NCBI GenBank assembly: GCA_951813565.1
Contig: OX638351.1
Location: forward strand, 1,632,001-1,696,000
Origin: an uncultured Poribacteria bacterium
GTDB lineage: Bacteria > Poribacteria > WGA-4E > WGA-3G
Length of the DNA stretch: 64,000 nt
Reading direction: 5' to 3'
Under the pieces are notes generated by a model. That model worked only from the letters and a program-made list of their open reading frames with translations. It searched no databases and was not told the DNA's origin. Shown piece by piece: positions 52,050 to 61,393 of the stretch. A program made the translations under genes and the position numbers. Within the stretch, counting starts at the first letter, position 1, and each line of letters opens with the position of its first letter.

Positions 52050-53603
52050 CTACCCCTCTGAACGGAGTTGGATAAGTTTATTCACAGCATGGATATACGC
52101 CTTAGCACTGGCTTCAATAATATCCGTACTTGCACCGTTTCCTGTGATGACGTGTCCGTTGTCCTGCACCTTCAGCGTAACTTCACCGATAGCATCTTCA
52201 CCTTCCGTTACAGAACGAATCTGATAATCAATCAAGTTCAGTTTGATTTTGACAATTTGATTAATTGCCTTAAAGGCGGCATCAACAGGACCATCACCAG
52301 TAGAGGCATTTTCAACTATTCCGTCCTCAGTTCGGATACCAACGGTGGTTGTTGGTGAAATCTTTGTCCCACTGACGACTTGAATGTAATCAAGCTCAAA
52401 GATCGCAGGAACAGTTCGAATCTCGTCGCTCATAATCGCTTCAAGGTCAGCATCATGAACAGCTTTTTTCTTATCTGCAACGCGGAGAAATCTTTCGTAA
52501 ACCTTCTCTATCTGCTCTGAATCCAGCTCATACCCAAGTTCGCTAAGGCGATGTTTCAAGGCGTTCCGTCCAGAACGTGGACTGAGAATTATTTGGCTTG
52601 TTTGCCAACCGATCTCTTTCGGATCAATGATTTCAAAAGTCACACGTGACTTAATAATGCCATCTTGATGGATCCCAGAACTATGCGCAAAAGCGTTTTC
52701 ACCAACAATTGCCTTATTCGGTTGCACTGGAATGCCCATAGTCCGACTCACACGTCTGCTGATAGGAACGATTTCTTTGGCGTTAATTTCGGTGTAATAT
52801 TCTTTAAAGTAATCACGTCGGGTTCGGATTGCCATGACGACTTCTTCAAGTGAGGTGTTTCCTGCTCGTTCACCAAGTCCATTGATAGTGCACTCCACCT
52901 GCCGTGCGCCTTGTTCAATTGCAATAAGGCTGTTTGCTACTGCCAACCCCAAATCGTTGTGGCAGTGGACACTAATAACGGCATCGTCAATATTTGAGAC
53001 ATTTTCCCTGATTCCTGCAATAAGACCACCAAATTCTGCAGGAACTGTCCATCCGACTGTTTCAGGGATATTGACTACGGTTGCACCTGCGGCGATAGTG
53101 GCTTCAACCACCTCGTACAGATATGCTAATTCTGTTCTACCTGCATCCATCGGCGAAAACTCAACGGTGGCATCTGGATGATCTGCACACAAACTCTTTG
53201 CATAAGCAACCGCATCCACCGCCATTTCAAGGGTTTTCTCTGGTGTTGTGCGGGTGATGCGTTCCATGTGGATAGTTGATGTGCCAACAAACGTATGGAT
53301 ACGTGCGCGGTGAGCATCTTGGATCGCTTTCCACGCTGCCGTTATATCCTTTTCAACAACGCGTGAAAGCGCGCAAATTTCGGGACCCTTAACCTCGTTA
53401 GCTATGCGTTGAACAGCATCAAAATCACCCGGTGACGAAATTGGAAAACCAGCTTCAATGACATCAACATTTAATTTAGCGAGGTGTTTGGCAATCTCCA
53501 ACTTTTCTTCAATGCCGAGAGCGGCTCCGGGAGTTTGCTCCGCATCTCGGAGTGTTGTATCAAAAATATAAACCTTTTCTTGGTTCGTTTCAAAATCGTC
53601 CAC
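52050..53603 (-). CDS. leuA: 2-isopropylmalate synthase
   Basis: FDTTLRDAEQ, IEAGFP, HCHNDLGLA, NGLGERAGN, HSSGIHQDG, regulatory domain GDGPVDA; GTG start after GGAGG. Confidence 0.93.
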   Translation of the reverse strand: MDDFETNQEKVYIFDTTLRDAEQTPGAALGIEEKLEIAKHLAKLNVDVIEAGFPISSPGDFDAVQRIANEVKGPEICALSRVVEKDITAAWKAIQDAHRARIHTFVGTSTIHMERITRTTPEKTLEMAVDAVAYAKSLCADHPDATVEFSPMDAGRTELAYLYEVVEATIAAGATVVNIPETVGWTVPAEFGGLIAGIRENVSNIDDAVISVHCHNDLGLAVANSLIAIEQGARQVECTINGLGERAGNTSLEEVVMAIRTRRDYFKEYYTEINAKEIVPISRRVSRTMGIPVQPNKAIVGENAFAHSSGIHQDGIIKSRVTFEIIDPKEIGWQTSQIILSPRSGRNALKHRLSELGYELDSEQIEKVYERFLRVADKKKAVHDADLEAIMSDEIRTVPAIFELDYIQVVSGTKISPTTTVGIRTEDGIVENASTGDGPVDAAFKAINQIVKIKLNLIDYQIRSVTEGEDAIGEVTLKVQDNGHVITGNGASTDIIEASAKAYIHAVNKLIQLRSEG

Positions 53604-53694
53604 GGTTGTGTCCTCCAAATGGGTTACCTGTCTGTCATTAGAAGGGATGATATACCCCTTTACAATGGAATTAGTAAAATCCTACTTTGCCGTT

Positions 53695-54711
53695 TTATAT
53701 TTCACGTCCAACAGCGATAGCGATCGGTTTTAGTTCTTGAATGAGTGCCTCAAATTGATCAGGAAACAGAGACTGTGCACCATCACCTGTCATTGAATTA
53801 TCAGGATCATGATGAACTTCAAGTAACAGTCCATCTGCTCCAGCTGCGACGGATGCTTTTGTCATATCGCTCACCAAGTTACGGATACCGGTTCCATGGC
53901 TCGGATCAACAACGATAGGCAAATGGCTTAATTCGTGAACAACAGGAACAGCGTTAAGGTCCAATGTGTTACGCGTGTGGGTTTCGAAGGTGCGGATGCC
54001 TCGCTCACATAGAATAACATCCGGATTCCCTTCAGAAAGTATGTATTCTGCAGCAAGCAACCACTCTTCAATCGTCGAAGCCATTCCACGCTTCAGAATA
54101 ACAGGTTTGCGGGCACGACCAACTTCACGCAACAGATAGAAGTTTGTCATATTCCGTGTGCCGAGTTGAAATATGTCCGTATGTTCACCAACAAGTTCAA
54201 CTTCGTTGGGAGTCATCACTTCTGTTACGATGCCCAAACCCGTTTCCTCTTTGGCTGCGACAAGCATTTTCAATGCATCTGCTCCAAAACCTTGGAAACT
54301 ATAAGGACCTGTGCGAGGTTTAAATGCGCCACCTCTAATAAAACCGGCTCCCGCTTTCTTCACCTGTTTTGCAATAGTTACAATCTGTTCGGTACTCTCA
54401 ACCGCACAAGGACCCGCCATAACCGCTAACTTCCGTCCCCCAATTTTCGTCCCGTTTGTGGAGATAACAGTCGGTTCATCCCGAAATTGGCGGCTTGCTA
54501 ATTTATATGGGGCAGTGATCGGCATCGTCCTTTCAACGCCAGACATTGACTCCATCGGAATATCGCCAAGCAATGTTTTATCTCCTATTACACCGATGAC
54601 GGTGCGTTGTTCGCCAGTTGAAATCTGTGCTTTCAACCCTACACTCTCAATCCGTTTGACAATTGCGTCAATCTGATTAGGTGTTGCATCCGTTTTGGTA
54701 ACGATTACCAT
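53695..54711 (-). CDS. aroF: DAHP synthase type I-beta with N-terminal regulatory domain
   Basis: MAGPCAVES, RGGAFKPRT, KRG, CERGIRTFE, DPSHGTG; GGAGG RBS before MVIVTK. Confidence 0.93.
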   Translation of the reverse strand: MVIVTKTDATPNQIDAIVKRIESVGLKAQISTGEQRTVIGVIGDKTLLGDIPMESMSGVERTMPITAPYKLASRQFRDEPTVISTNGTKIGGRKLAVMAGPCAVESTEQIVTIAKQVKKAGAGFIRGGAFKPRTGPYSFQGFGADALKMLVAAKEETGLGIVTEVMTPNEVELVGEHTDIFQLGTRNMTNFYLLREVGRARKPVILKRGMASTIEEWLLAAEYILSEGNPDVILCERGIRTFETHTRNTLDLNAVPVVHELSHLPIVVDPSHGTGIRNLVSDMTKASVAAGADGLLLEVHHDPDNSMTGDGAQSLFPDQFEALIQELKPIAIAVGREI

Positions 54712-54766
54712 GGTTTGAATTCCCTCCGACACATAACTCTGTTTCAAGTCAATGTTGATGATTAGT

Positions 54767-54806
54767 AAAAAAATAACCCAACATCGAATTATTCTCGACA
54801 CTGGGT
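54767..54806 (-). terminator. Attenuator terminator upstream of aroF-leuA
   Basis: Minus strand ACCCAGTGTCGAG-AATAA-TTCGATGTTGGGT followed by TATTTTTTT. Confidence 0.75.
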
Positions 54807-54856
54807 AGTGATGTATAAGATTCAATTAAAACTTTTTCATGAGTGCTTACAAACTA

Positions 54857-55006
54857 TCACCACCTACCGCCGCAGTACAAAAACGGGTACAACCCGAGCG
54901 TAAAGAGTGCCCAAAGATCAAAAATATTTCCCCGTAAAAATGATAGAGCGGACCGTGTTCCACTTGCCAGTACTGTAGAGATGGTAGAGCGTTCAAACTT
55001 CTGCAT
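54857..55006 (-). CDS. Putative leader peptide rich in Leu/Phe/Tyr/Trp (49 aa)
   Basis: MQKFERSTISTVLASGTRSALSFLRGNIFDLWALFTLGLYPFLYCGGRW*; AGGGA upstream; its 3' end can pair with the terminator 5' flank. Confidence 0.65.
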   Translation of the reverse strand: MQKFERSTISTVLASGTRSALSFLRGNIFDLWALFTLGLYPFLYCGGRW

Positions 55007-55108
55007 CACAAAAGATCCCTAATTTCTTTGGTTGTAAGCCTTTCCTATTTTCTTGCCTTATAATACGTTATTCCAAACAAAACGTTTAATGTAAGACTAC
55101 TTTTTAAT

Positions 55109-55138
55109 ATGGTAACACATTTCATAAGGTTATGTCAA
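55109..55138 (-). promoter_or_regulatory. Sigma70-type promoter of the aroF-leuA leader
   Basis: TTGACA-N18-TACCAT on the minus strand. Confidence 0.6.
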
Positions 55139-55156
55139 GTTTTTATGATAGTATTG

Positions 55157-55258
55157 CAGGGTTATTTAGTTTTCGGGTTTTCTGCTATATTTTTTCACAT
55201 TTCTAAATAAACTATTAGTAACACGCATCAACCGGTAATTCATAAACTAAATAGCCTG
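55157..55258. mobile_element. MITE family D, second copy
   Basis: CAGGGTTATTTAGTTT / AAACTAAATAGCCTG; no clear TSD. Confidence 0.65.
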
Positions 55259-55437
55259 CTCTATAAAACGGGTGTGTAAAGTTTTTGTAGAAATCCGCCC
55301 TACAGTGGAAAACGCCGCGTAATCATTGTAAATTGAACCTATGTAACCAAATATTTACAAACCCTATAAAACTGATTCCTTGCATTAAAAAGGAATTTTT
55401 ATTATGATATGCATATCCCGAATGAAGGAGAAAACGA

Positions 55438-56943
55438 ATGAGCCTATTGGGCATTGATGTTGGTACAACAGGATGTAAAGTTATAGCATTTCGCGAGGAT
55501 GGTGAAACTCTTGCACAAGCGTATGGCGAATATCCGTTGATACACCCGCAACCCGGTTGGTCAGAACTGGATTCAAATGTTGTCTGGGAAAATGTTTCCA
55601 ACGGAATTCGCAAGGTTGCGGCACAAACAAAAACAGATCCGATTGAAGCAATTAGCGTGGCATCACAAGGCGAAGCCGTGACGCCCGTTTGGGGTAACTG
55701 TGATGTGCTTGCAAACGCTATTACTACCTTTGATTCTCGCACCACAGGAATCTGCGAAGAAATCCTGCAAGAAATTACACCTTTAGAAGTGATGCAAATC
55801 ACTGGTATGCCACCGAGTAATATCCACACACTTGCGAAACTGGTATGGATACAGCGGAATCAACCAGAAATTTATAAAGAGGTGTGGAAATTTTTCGGCT
55901 TTGAAGATTTCGTCAATTTCAGGTTGGGCGTGCAACCTGCGGTAGACTATTCTCTGGCAGCGCGTACGATGTGCTTTGACATTATCAACAAATGCTGGTC
56001 CGAAAAAATGCTCAGTTTGGCGAATGTTGACGTGTCAATCTTGCCCGATACAGTTCCGTCAGGCACTATCATCGGCGAAATTGGTGCTAAGGTTTCAGGT
56101 GAACTCGGTCTTCCCAAAGGCGTAGTTGTTGTTGCAGGCGGGCACGACCAACCTTGTGGGGCGTTGGGTGCAGGAATTATTCGCGGTGGCGAACTTATGG
56201 ACGCAACTGGCACTGTGGAATGTATTGCCCCTGCTTTTAGCGAACCTGTTATCAACCAACAGATGATAGATGGGAATTTTGCATGCTATCCGCATGTCGT
56301 TGAAGGGCTATATGTCACATTGGGATTTGTTTCAAGCGGTGGTGTTGTGCTACGCTGGTTTCGGGATACCTTAGCACAAGCAGAAGTAACACAAGCATCT
56401 GCAGAGGGACGCGATGTCTACGATATCCTCCTTGAAGATATATCCGATTCCCCCGGAACAGCCATGCTCCTTCCGCACTTTACCGGTTCTGGAACCCCAC
56501 ATCTTGACTTGGAATCGAAGGGCGCAATCGTTGGATTGACACTTTCTACAAGCAAAAGTGAACTTGTTAAGGCGATACTTGAAGGTATTAGTTATGAAAT
56601 AAAACAGAATCTTGCGATGCTGCAAGATGCCGGTGTTGTCATAAACGAGGTCCGTGCCATCGGCGGCGGCGCAAAATCGGAAAAATGGTTGCAACTCAAA
56701 GCGGATATGTTCGGTAAAAAGGTCATCGCACTTGACATTTCCGAAGGTGTCTGTCTTGGGACTGCTATCCTTGCAGGAACGGCAATAGGTAAGTATAGTG
56801 GAATTGAAGAGGCGGTTGACCTATTAGTCAAACCACAAAAGGTTTACTATCCGCGTGAGGAAATAGCCCAACAGTACGATGAGAAGTTGAAAGTTTATGA
56901 GCAGATTTACCCTACTTTGCGTGAGTTGAACGATCAATTATAA
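55438..56943 (+). CDS. FGGY-family carbohydrate kinase (xylulokinase-like)
   Basis: LGIDVGTTGCK, GGHDQ, LPHFTGSGTP, AILEG, GGGAKS. Confidence 0.9.
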   Translation: MSLLGIDVGTTGCKVIAFREDGETLAQAYGEYPLIHPQPGWSELDSNVVWENVSNGIRKVAAQTKTDPIEAISVASQGEAVTPVWGNCDVLANAITTFDSRTTGICEEILQEITPLEVMQITGMPPSNIHTLAKLVWIQRNQPEIYKEVWKFFGFEDFVNFRLGVQPAVDYSLAARTMCFDIINKCWSEKMLSLANVDVSILPDTVPSGTIIGEIGAKVSGELGLPKGVVVVAGGHDQPCGALGAGIIRGGELMDATGTVECIAPAFSEPVINQQMIDGNFACYPHVVEGLYVTLGFVSSGGVVLRWFRDTLAQAEVTQASAEGRDVYDILLEDISDSPGTAMLLPHFTGSGTPHLDLESKGAIVGLTLSTSKSELVKAILEGISYEIKQNLAMLQDAGVVINEVRAIGGGAKSEKWLQLKADMFGKKVIALDISEGVCLGTAILAGTAIGKYSGIEEAVDLLVKPQKVYYPREEIAQQYDEKLKVYEQIYPTLRELNDQL

Positions 56944-56991
56944 ATTGGTAATTACGGATAGCGCGTGGGTTGGGTAGAGTTTATGAAACCC

Positions 56992-57201
56992 ATAAGCGTC
57001 AACTTAAGGAAAAAATGTTGGGTTTCCTCTTGTGGGAGGGCTTTCTAAGCCCGATTTTGTGAGACCCAAGCCGTTAAATCGGGGTTGAAAACCCGCAGCA
57101 TGCCAAACGCGCATGCTGCGTTGATTTGGACAAATGCCAAAAAGCGCATTTGGCATTGATTCACTCCCACAAGAAAGATTGGACGCTAAATTGACACCTA
57201 T
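56992..57201. mobile_element. MITE family B with tandem micro-hairpins
   Basis: Perfect 20-bp direct repeat GGGTAGAGTTTATGAAACCC at 56972-56991 and 57202-57221; ends ATAAGCGTCAACTTAAG / CTAAATTGACACCTAT. Confidence 0.88.
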
Positions 57202-57457
57202 GGGTAGAGTTTATGAAACCCGACAATGGCTATCAGCAATCGACTTTCAGCCATCAGCGGTAGGTGCGTTCCATCCTTGGTAGTCGCGCTTTGATGAAGA
57301 TTAAGAAAATATTTCGGTAATTCTAATTTTTCCGTCTTGTTCTTATGTGGATTTCAAACACACCATGAATATAAGAGGCGCAATGAATTGCGCGACTACA
57401 AACGCCGCTAATCTGAAGAAAATGTTAAGATATTTTTAGATTTACTATAATGCCACT

Positions 57458-58411
57458 ATGAAAAAACATGTCGCAGGAATAGACATTGGCGGTACAAAAC
57501 TCGCAACCGTCGTTGCGGATAATTCTGGCAAGATTCTTAGCAAAGTCCGCAGACCGACATTTGCTGATAAGGGGCCTGAATATGCTATCCAACTTCTATT
57601 TGAGATGGTGGACGAAACTATCACCAAGGCAAATCTCAAGCAGGAAGCAATTTCAGGGATTGGTGTGAGTTGTGGTGGTCCATTGGATACAAAAACAGGG
57701 ATCGTTTATTCTCCTCCGAATTTGCCTGGTTGGGATGCATTTCCACTTAAAACGCGTCTTGAAACGGAGTTTCAGATACCCGCTACGATTGAAAATGATG
57801 CCAACGCCTCAGCACTCGCCGAATACCGGTTTGGAGGTGGCAGAGGCTATAATACTGTCCTTTACATGACGATGAGCACTGGAATTGGTGGCGGAATTGT
57901 TATAAATGGACAGATATTCCACGGTGCCAACGACAGCGCAGGCGAAGTCGGTCATCAGATTCTTTTGCCCAATGGTCCGCTATGTGGGTGTGGTAAGCAC
58001 GGGTGTTTGGAGGCTATCTGCTCAGGTCCAGCTATTGCACGTCGTGCTAAGGAAGCAATTCAAAAACAGTCAAACACTACAATACTTGCTCTTGCAGATG
58101 GACATATAGAGACGGTAAAATCAGAACATGTACTTGCAGCAGCACGGCAAGGTGACGCGTTGGCACTTAAGTTGATTGACGAAACAGCATATTACATGGG
58201 ATGGGGCATCGCAAATTTGGTCAATATTTTGAATCCGGACATTGTTCTACTGGGAACAATTGCTATCGCCGCTGGAGACCTTTTACTTCAACCGATTCGA
58301 AAAACTGTATCAGACTTTGCAATGGCACGTCCTGCCGAAGCAGTCAAGATAATGCCTGCACAGTTGGGTGAATCACTGGGAGACCTCGCTACCATTGCAT
58401 TGGTAGTATGA
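57458..58411 (+). CDS. ROK-family sugar kinase
   Basis: GIDIGGTK, ENDANA, STGIGGG, GEVGH, CGCGKHGCLE. Confidence 0.92.
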   Translation: MKKHVAGIDIGGTKLATVVADNSGKILSKVRRPTFADKGPEYAIQLLFEMVDETITKANLKQEAISGIGVSCGGPLDTKTGIVYSPPNLPGWDAFPLKTRLETEFQIPATIENDANASALAEYRFGGGRGYNTVLYMTMSTGIGGGIVINGQIFHGANDSAGEVGHQILLPNGPLCGCGKHGCLEAICSGPAIARRAKEAIQKQSNTTILALADGHIETVKSEHVLAAARQGDALALKLIDETAYYMGWGIANLVNILNPDIVLLGTIAIAAGDLLLQPIRKTVSDFAMARPAEAVKIMPAQLGESLGDLATIALVV

Positions 58412-58439
58412 TGTTCCATTCAAATATGGAGAAAACTTG

Positions 58440-59003
58440 ATGGAGAGAATCAAAAAATACATTTCGCATCTACAAGGCGCTTTAGAACGCTTAAAACTGG
58501 AAGATGTACGGCGTTCTATAGATGTAATCATGGGTGCCTATCATGCCGACAAACAAATTTTCGTTATCGGCAACGGCGGCAGTGCGTCTACTGCATCCCA
58601 CCTCGCCTGTGATTTGGGTAAAGGTACAAGCATTGCAGGTAAACCTCGGTTCCGCGTAATTAGTTTAACTGATAACGTGGCGACGATGACAGCATGGTCA
58701 AATGACGTTGCTTACGAAGATGTCTTTGTAGAACAACTCAGAAATCTCGTGAATCCAGAGGATGTCGTGATAGGTATCAGTGCAAGTGGCAATTCAGAGA
58801 ACGTTATCCGTGCGATGCAGCACGCCGTAGACATAGGCTGTCAAACCATCGGATGGAGCGGATTTGGTGGCGGAAGATTGGTAACAATTTGTGATGTCAA
58901 CGTTGTTGTTGATAGTGACCAGTATGGTCCGGTTGAAGATGTGCATCTTATTTTAAACCACGTCCTACACGCTTGGATTAAGGAGGAATTTTCAGCATTA
59001 TAA
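58440..59003 (+). CDS. SIS-domain phosphosugar isomerase (GmhA-like)
   Basis: GNGGSASTASH, TAWSND, ISASGNSENV, VEDVH. Confidence 0.88.
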   Translation: MERIKKYISHLQGALERLKLEDVRRSIDVIMGAYHADKQIFVIGNGGSASTASHLACDLGKGTSIAGKPRFRVISLTDNVATMTAWSNDVAYEDVFVEQLRNLVNPEDVVIGISASGNSENVIRAMQHAVDIGCQTIGWSGFGGGRLVTICDVNVVVDSDQYGPVEDVHLILNHVLHAWIKEEFSAL

Positions 59004-59158
59004 AACGAGTGTAAATATTTTGCCATTAACCATGTGATCTTTCTTGTTGAAAGGATTTGTAATCCCGATTTATCGGGGTTGAAAACCCTCCTACAAGAGA
59101 GGAGAAATACCCATGCCAAAAATTTTACACACCCTGTTCACCTCATAAAACACATTTC

Positions 59159-59188
59159 TTGACATACTAACCGCTTTTAAGGTATACT
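59159..59188 (+). promoter_or_regulatory. Sigma70 promoter of the nfeD/floA operon
   Basis: TTGACA-N18-TATACT. Confidence 0.6.
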
Positions 59189-59265
59189 TATAGCAAGACT
59201 TTACTATCCACTAATCAGCAAAATATATTTAAGGGCATTTTTAATTAAACAGGAGTGATAGGAAG

Positions 59266-60807
59266 ATGAAAAGCCAAAAAAATCTGCTATATTGCTCGCT
59301 TCTCTTAATCGGGTGCCTTCTCATGAGAGGTGGAGTGTCCGCTGAGGACAACGCTTTAGTTTATGTCATAGATATCCGCACAGAAATCGGAGGCGGCGTA
59401 AGTACCTACATTAATAAAGGTATTACAAAGGCAGAAGATGTAAATGCTGATGCTATTATTTTTGATGTTGATACCCCCGGTGGGAAAGTTGATTCTGCTA
59501 TAAAAATTATCAGAGCAATCCAAGAAACACAAATACCGACTATTGCTTTCGTCAACCGACAAGCTATCTCCGCTGGTGCCATGATTTCTGCTGCATGTGA
59601 TCAGATTGTTATGACATCAGGCGCAACGATTGGCGATTCTGCCCCCGTAGATGCACAAGGTAATGAAGCTGGTGAGAAAATCGTCACCTATATCCGAGGC
59701 ACTATTCGCTCCACTGCTGAACGACAAGGTCGAAATCCTGATATCGCTGAGGCTATGGTGGACAAAAGGCTTATTCTTGTACGTTTAGAAAATGGCGATA
59801 TAATTAAATTACGGCCTGAAGAGTACTTTAATGAACAAGATGCTGCCACGCGGATGCAAGTGCTTTGCGCAGAGGGAGAACTTCTCACCTTAACGACCCG
59901 TCAAGCCCTTGAATACGGTTTTGTTGATACGCAAGCAGAAAACCTATCCGAACTGCTTGCTCAATACCAAATTGTTGAAATTGATGAGAATTACAGAGAC
60001 GATGAAAATGATGTTGTAATGATCGCTCTCACTGAAGACGGTATCTTAGGCAGGCAAGAAGAACTCGGTACCGATAAAGTTACCCCCATTAAATCGCTGG
60101 CAAACGCTCAAGTTACTAAATTTGTAGTGACACTTGCAGACCGCACAGTCTTTTTTATTACTAGCCCCTACATCAGCGCGCTTTTGCTTTCTTTAGGCGG
60201 CCTCGGTTTAATCGTTGAGATTCGGACACCAGGTTTTGGCATTCCTGGATTTCTTGGATTGCTTTTCATCGGTCTTTTCTTCGGTGGACACATGCTAAAC
60301 CAAGTCCCGAATGCGTATATTGTTGCATTAATCTTTGTAGTCGGATTGGCATTAATTATATTAGAGGTTTTTGTGATTCCAGGTTTTGGGGTCGCTGGGA
60401 TTTTGGGTATAATTTTGATGTTGGCAAGTGTTTTTTACACGTTTTTCCAAAGTACTGACGATTTCAGTATTGCACTATTATGGCTCTCTATTTCAGTGAT
60501 TCTTACTTCCGTGTTGGCAATTCTTGCTACTATTTTTCTTCCTAAATCGGCACCATTTCAGCACCTTGCATTGTCCACAGTGATGAGTGCTGAACAAGGT
60601 TACCACTCAGCTGGCAGTCAGGATTTTGAGGTTTTTCTCGGTAAAACAGGTGTAGCATTAACTCCCTTACGCCCAGCGGGAACAGCCAGAATTGATAACA
60701 AGCGATTGGATGTTATCACAGTTGGTGACTTCATCGCACAAAACACACCTGTTAAAGTATTAGAAGTTGAAGGTTCCAAAATTTTGGTTGAAGCTATTGA
60801 GCAATGA
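59266..60807 (+). CDS. nfeD: Long NfeD (ClpP-like protease domain, TM domain, OB fold)
   Basis: VDTPGG, AISAGAMI, AEAMVD, TPGFGIPG, TPLRPAG. Confidence 0.9.
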   Translation: MKSQKNLLYCSLLLIGCLLMRGGVSAEDNALVYVIDIRTEIGGGVSTYINKGITKAEDVNADAIIFDVDTPGGKVDSAIKIIRAIQETQIPTIAFVNRQAISAGAMISAACDQIVMTSGATIGDSAPVDAQGNEAGEKIVTYIRGTIRSTAERQGRNPDIAEAMVDKRLILVRLENGDIIKLRPEEYFNEQDAATRMQVLCAEGELLTLTTRQALEYGFVDTQAENLSELLAQYQIVEIDENYRDDENDVVMIALTEDGILGRQEELGTDKVTPIKSLANAQVTKFVVTLADRTVFFITSPYISALLLSLGGLGLIVEIRTPGFGIPGFLGLLFIGLFFGGHMLNQVPNAYIVALIFVVGLALIILEVFVIPGFGVAGILGIILMLASVFYTFFQSTDDFSIALLWLSISVILTSVLAILATIFLPKSAPFQHLALSTVMSAEQGYHSAGSQDFEVFLGKTGVALTPLRPAGTARIDNKRLDVITVGDFIAQNTPVKVLEVEGSKILVEAIEQ

Positions 60808-60828
60808 AAATTCTAAAGTTCTAACTAT

Positions 60829-61326
60829 GTGGAGGAAATATCAATGTTATGGGTTCCAACTATTCTCATTGCCCTTGGAATATTATTAGTTTTTGTTGAG
60901 ATTTTGATTCTTCCGGGGTTTGGTGCAGCGGGTGTTCCGGGAATAATTTTACTCATTGTCGGATTCTGGATGATTTGGTCAAAATCGGGGGTCACGACGG
61001 CACTCATTTATGCGAGTGTCGCGCTAATTTTCGTGATACCTATAGCGATTTTTGGTCTATCACTTATCCGTGAATCACCTATAGGAAAAACCTTTATCCT
61101 TAGTGCTGCCCAAAGAAGTGAGGAAGGTTTTCAAGCAGCACCTGAAGAGTTAACTGCACTTGTCGGAAAATCAGGAAAATCTGTAACCCCGCTTCGTCCC
61201 GCAGGGGTTGCGCTAATCAACGGTCAACGTGTTGATATCGTTACGCAGGGAGAATTTGTAGAGTCAGAAACAGAGATAGAAGTTATTCAAGTAGAAGGTA
61301 GCCGTGTTGTCGTCCGTAGTTTATAA
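60829..61326 (+). CDS. Short NfeD-family protein
   Basis: EILILPGFG TMs; TPLRPAG, C-terminal OB fold. Confidence 0.85.
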   Translation: MEEISMLWVPTILIALGILLVFVEILILPGFGAAGVPGIILLIVGFWMIWSKSGVTTALIYASVALIFVIPIAIFGLSLIRESPIGKTFILSAAQRSEEGFQAAPEELTALVGKSGKSVTPLRPAGVALINGQRVDIVTQGEFVESETEIEVIQVEGSRVVVRSL

Positions 61327-61393
61327 AAATTGTGAAATTGACATTATTATTTTATGAATCAACGAACTCTAATTTAAAGAGAGGAAATTTGAT

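Noticed and set aside
54712..54825. N-terminal extension of aroF in the ORF track (similarly iolC 3319 and phosphatase 45903)
   Set aside because: Better RBS-supported starts lie downstream; the aroF extension overlaps the attenuator terminator.
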